Below are positions 62,722 through 64,000 of a DNA stretch of 64,000 nt, one piece after another. The notes under the pieces were generated by a model, which ran no database searches, was not told where the DNA came from, and saw only the letters and a program-made list of their open reading frames with translations. This stretch comes from Octopus vulgaris (Eukaryota): contig OX597834.1 of assembly GCA_951406725.2 (NCBI GenBank), positions 28,458,001 through 28,522,000 of the forward strand. The letters are read 5' to 3'. Each line of letters begins with the position of its first letter. Position 1 is the stretch's first letter. Both the position numbers and the translations under genes were made by a program.

Positions 62722-62773
<52 letters not shown>

Positions 62774-62898
62774 AGAGCGTATAATAGAGAGAGAGAGAGA
62801 ACAGAGCGTGTAATAGAGAGAGAGAGAGAACAGAGCGTATAATAGAGAGAGAGAGAGAACAGAGCGTGTAATAGAGAGAGAGAGAGAACAGAGCATGT

Positions 62899-62932
<34 letters not shown>

Positions 62933-62944
62933 AGAGCGTGTAAC

Positions 62945-62986
<42 letters not shown>

Positions 62987-63160
62987 AGAGCGTGTAACAG
63001 AGAGAGAGAGAAAGAGAGGGAGAGAGAGAGAGAGAGAACAGAGCGTATAATAGAGAGAGAGAGAGAACAGAGCGTGTAATAGAGAGAGAGAGAGAACAGA
63101 GCATGTAACAGAGAGAGAGAGAGAGAACAGAGCGTGTAACAGAGAGAGAGAGAGAGAGAG
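62645..63160. repeat. Compound satellite (GA)n-ACAGAGCGTGTAA
   Basis: About 15 units with variable (GA)n; an ~85-bp purine-rich duplication lies at 62180-62350. Confidence 0.92.
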
Positions 63161-63616
63161 GAAAAGAGGTGAGAGAATGAAAGAGAGAGAGGGGGAGGGA
63201 GGGAAAAAGAAGAAGAGAGAGTGAGAACAAAAATAGAGTGAAAGGAAGAGCGAAACATGAAAGAGAGCTGAATGAGAGAGAGAGAAGGAGAGGTTTTCAT
63301 AGCATGAAATAGTAGGACGACGACGACATTGATTGGCAGTTTTCAATATTGAAGGAGAAGGAGTAGGAGAAAAAGAGAGAGAGAGAGAGAAAGAGAGAGA
63401 AAGAGGAAAAGAGAGAGAAAGAGTAGTAGGTGTAAGTAGTGTGAGTGATGAAGGGGAGGAGGAAAGTGATGGTGTTGCTGGTTTGTATAGACTGATTGAC
63501 AGCAGACGATGAGAATATACAGACGAGCGGCAGACAGGTCAACATGGAAATATATAGAGAGAGACTAGGGTAAAACAGAGAGAGAGAGAGAGCAAGAGAG
63601 ATAGACAGGCAGACAA

Positions 63617-63673
<57 letters not shown>

Positions 63674-63829
63674 AAGATAGATAGATAGATAGACAGAGGC
63701 AAATAGCTTAGCTTGCTAGTTTAGCAAGCTTGTTTGATATAAAGATTGATTTGTAAGCTAGAAATGGATAGAAAGATGATAGACTCAATCGCACACACAC
63801 ATACACACACACTGATAGATAGATAAATT

Positions 63830-63910
<81 letters not shown>

Positions 63911-64000
63911 GAGAGTGTGTGTGAGCGTGAGGATGGTTCTCCAAACAGGTGGTACATACATACATACATACATACATACATACATACATACATACATACA

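Overview
AT-rich animal genomic DNA made almost entirely of microsatellites and interspersed repeats. No complete protein-coding gene is recognisable, and nearly all listed ORFs are translations of simple repeats. The SINE repertoire and microsatellite density suggest an octopus or other coleoid cephalopod (recognised from memory, not from a search). Contents: about 60 SINE copies in four groups that I label A, B, C and D (D has no visible tRNA head); 3' fragments of RTE and CR1/Jockey-like LINEs; an internally deleted mariner; pogo-, piggyBac-, hAT- and mariner-type MITEs; a non-autonomous Helitron; and Penelope-like termini with hammerhead-ribozyme cores. One plausible start-codon exon (minus strand, 46977-47109) borders a CpG-depleted domain at about 15.5-46.7 kb that looks like a methylated gene body. 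The most unusual items are: a 1.3-kb palindrome with 326-bp perfect arms; two hairpin mini-elements built from hammerhead motifs; a 44-bp inverted repeat outside any recognised repeat whose only mismatches are A-C; a 41-bp UUCG-hairpin array flanked by its own reverse complement; and a covarying 3' stem-loop shared by SINE A and a GC-rich retroposon. All coordinates and identities were read by eye.
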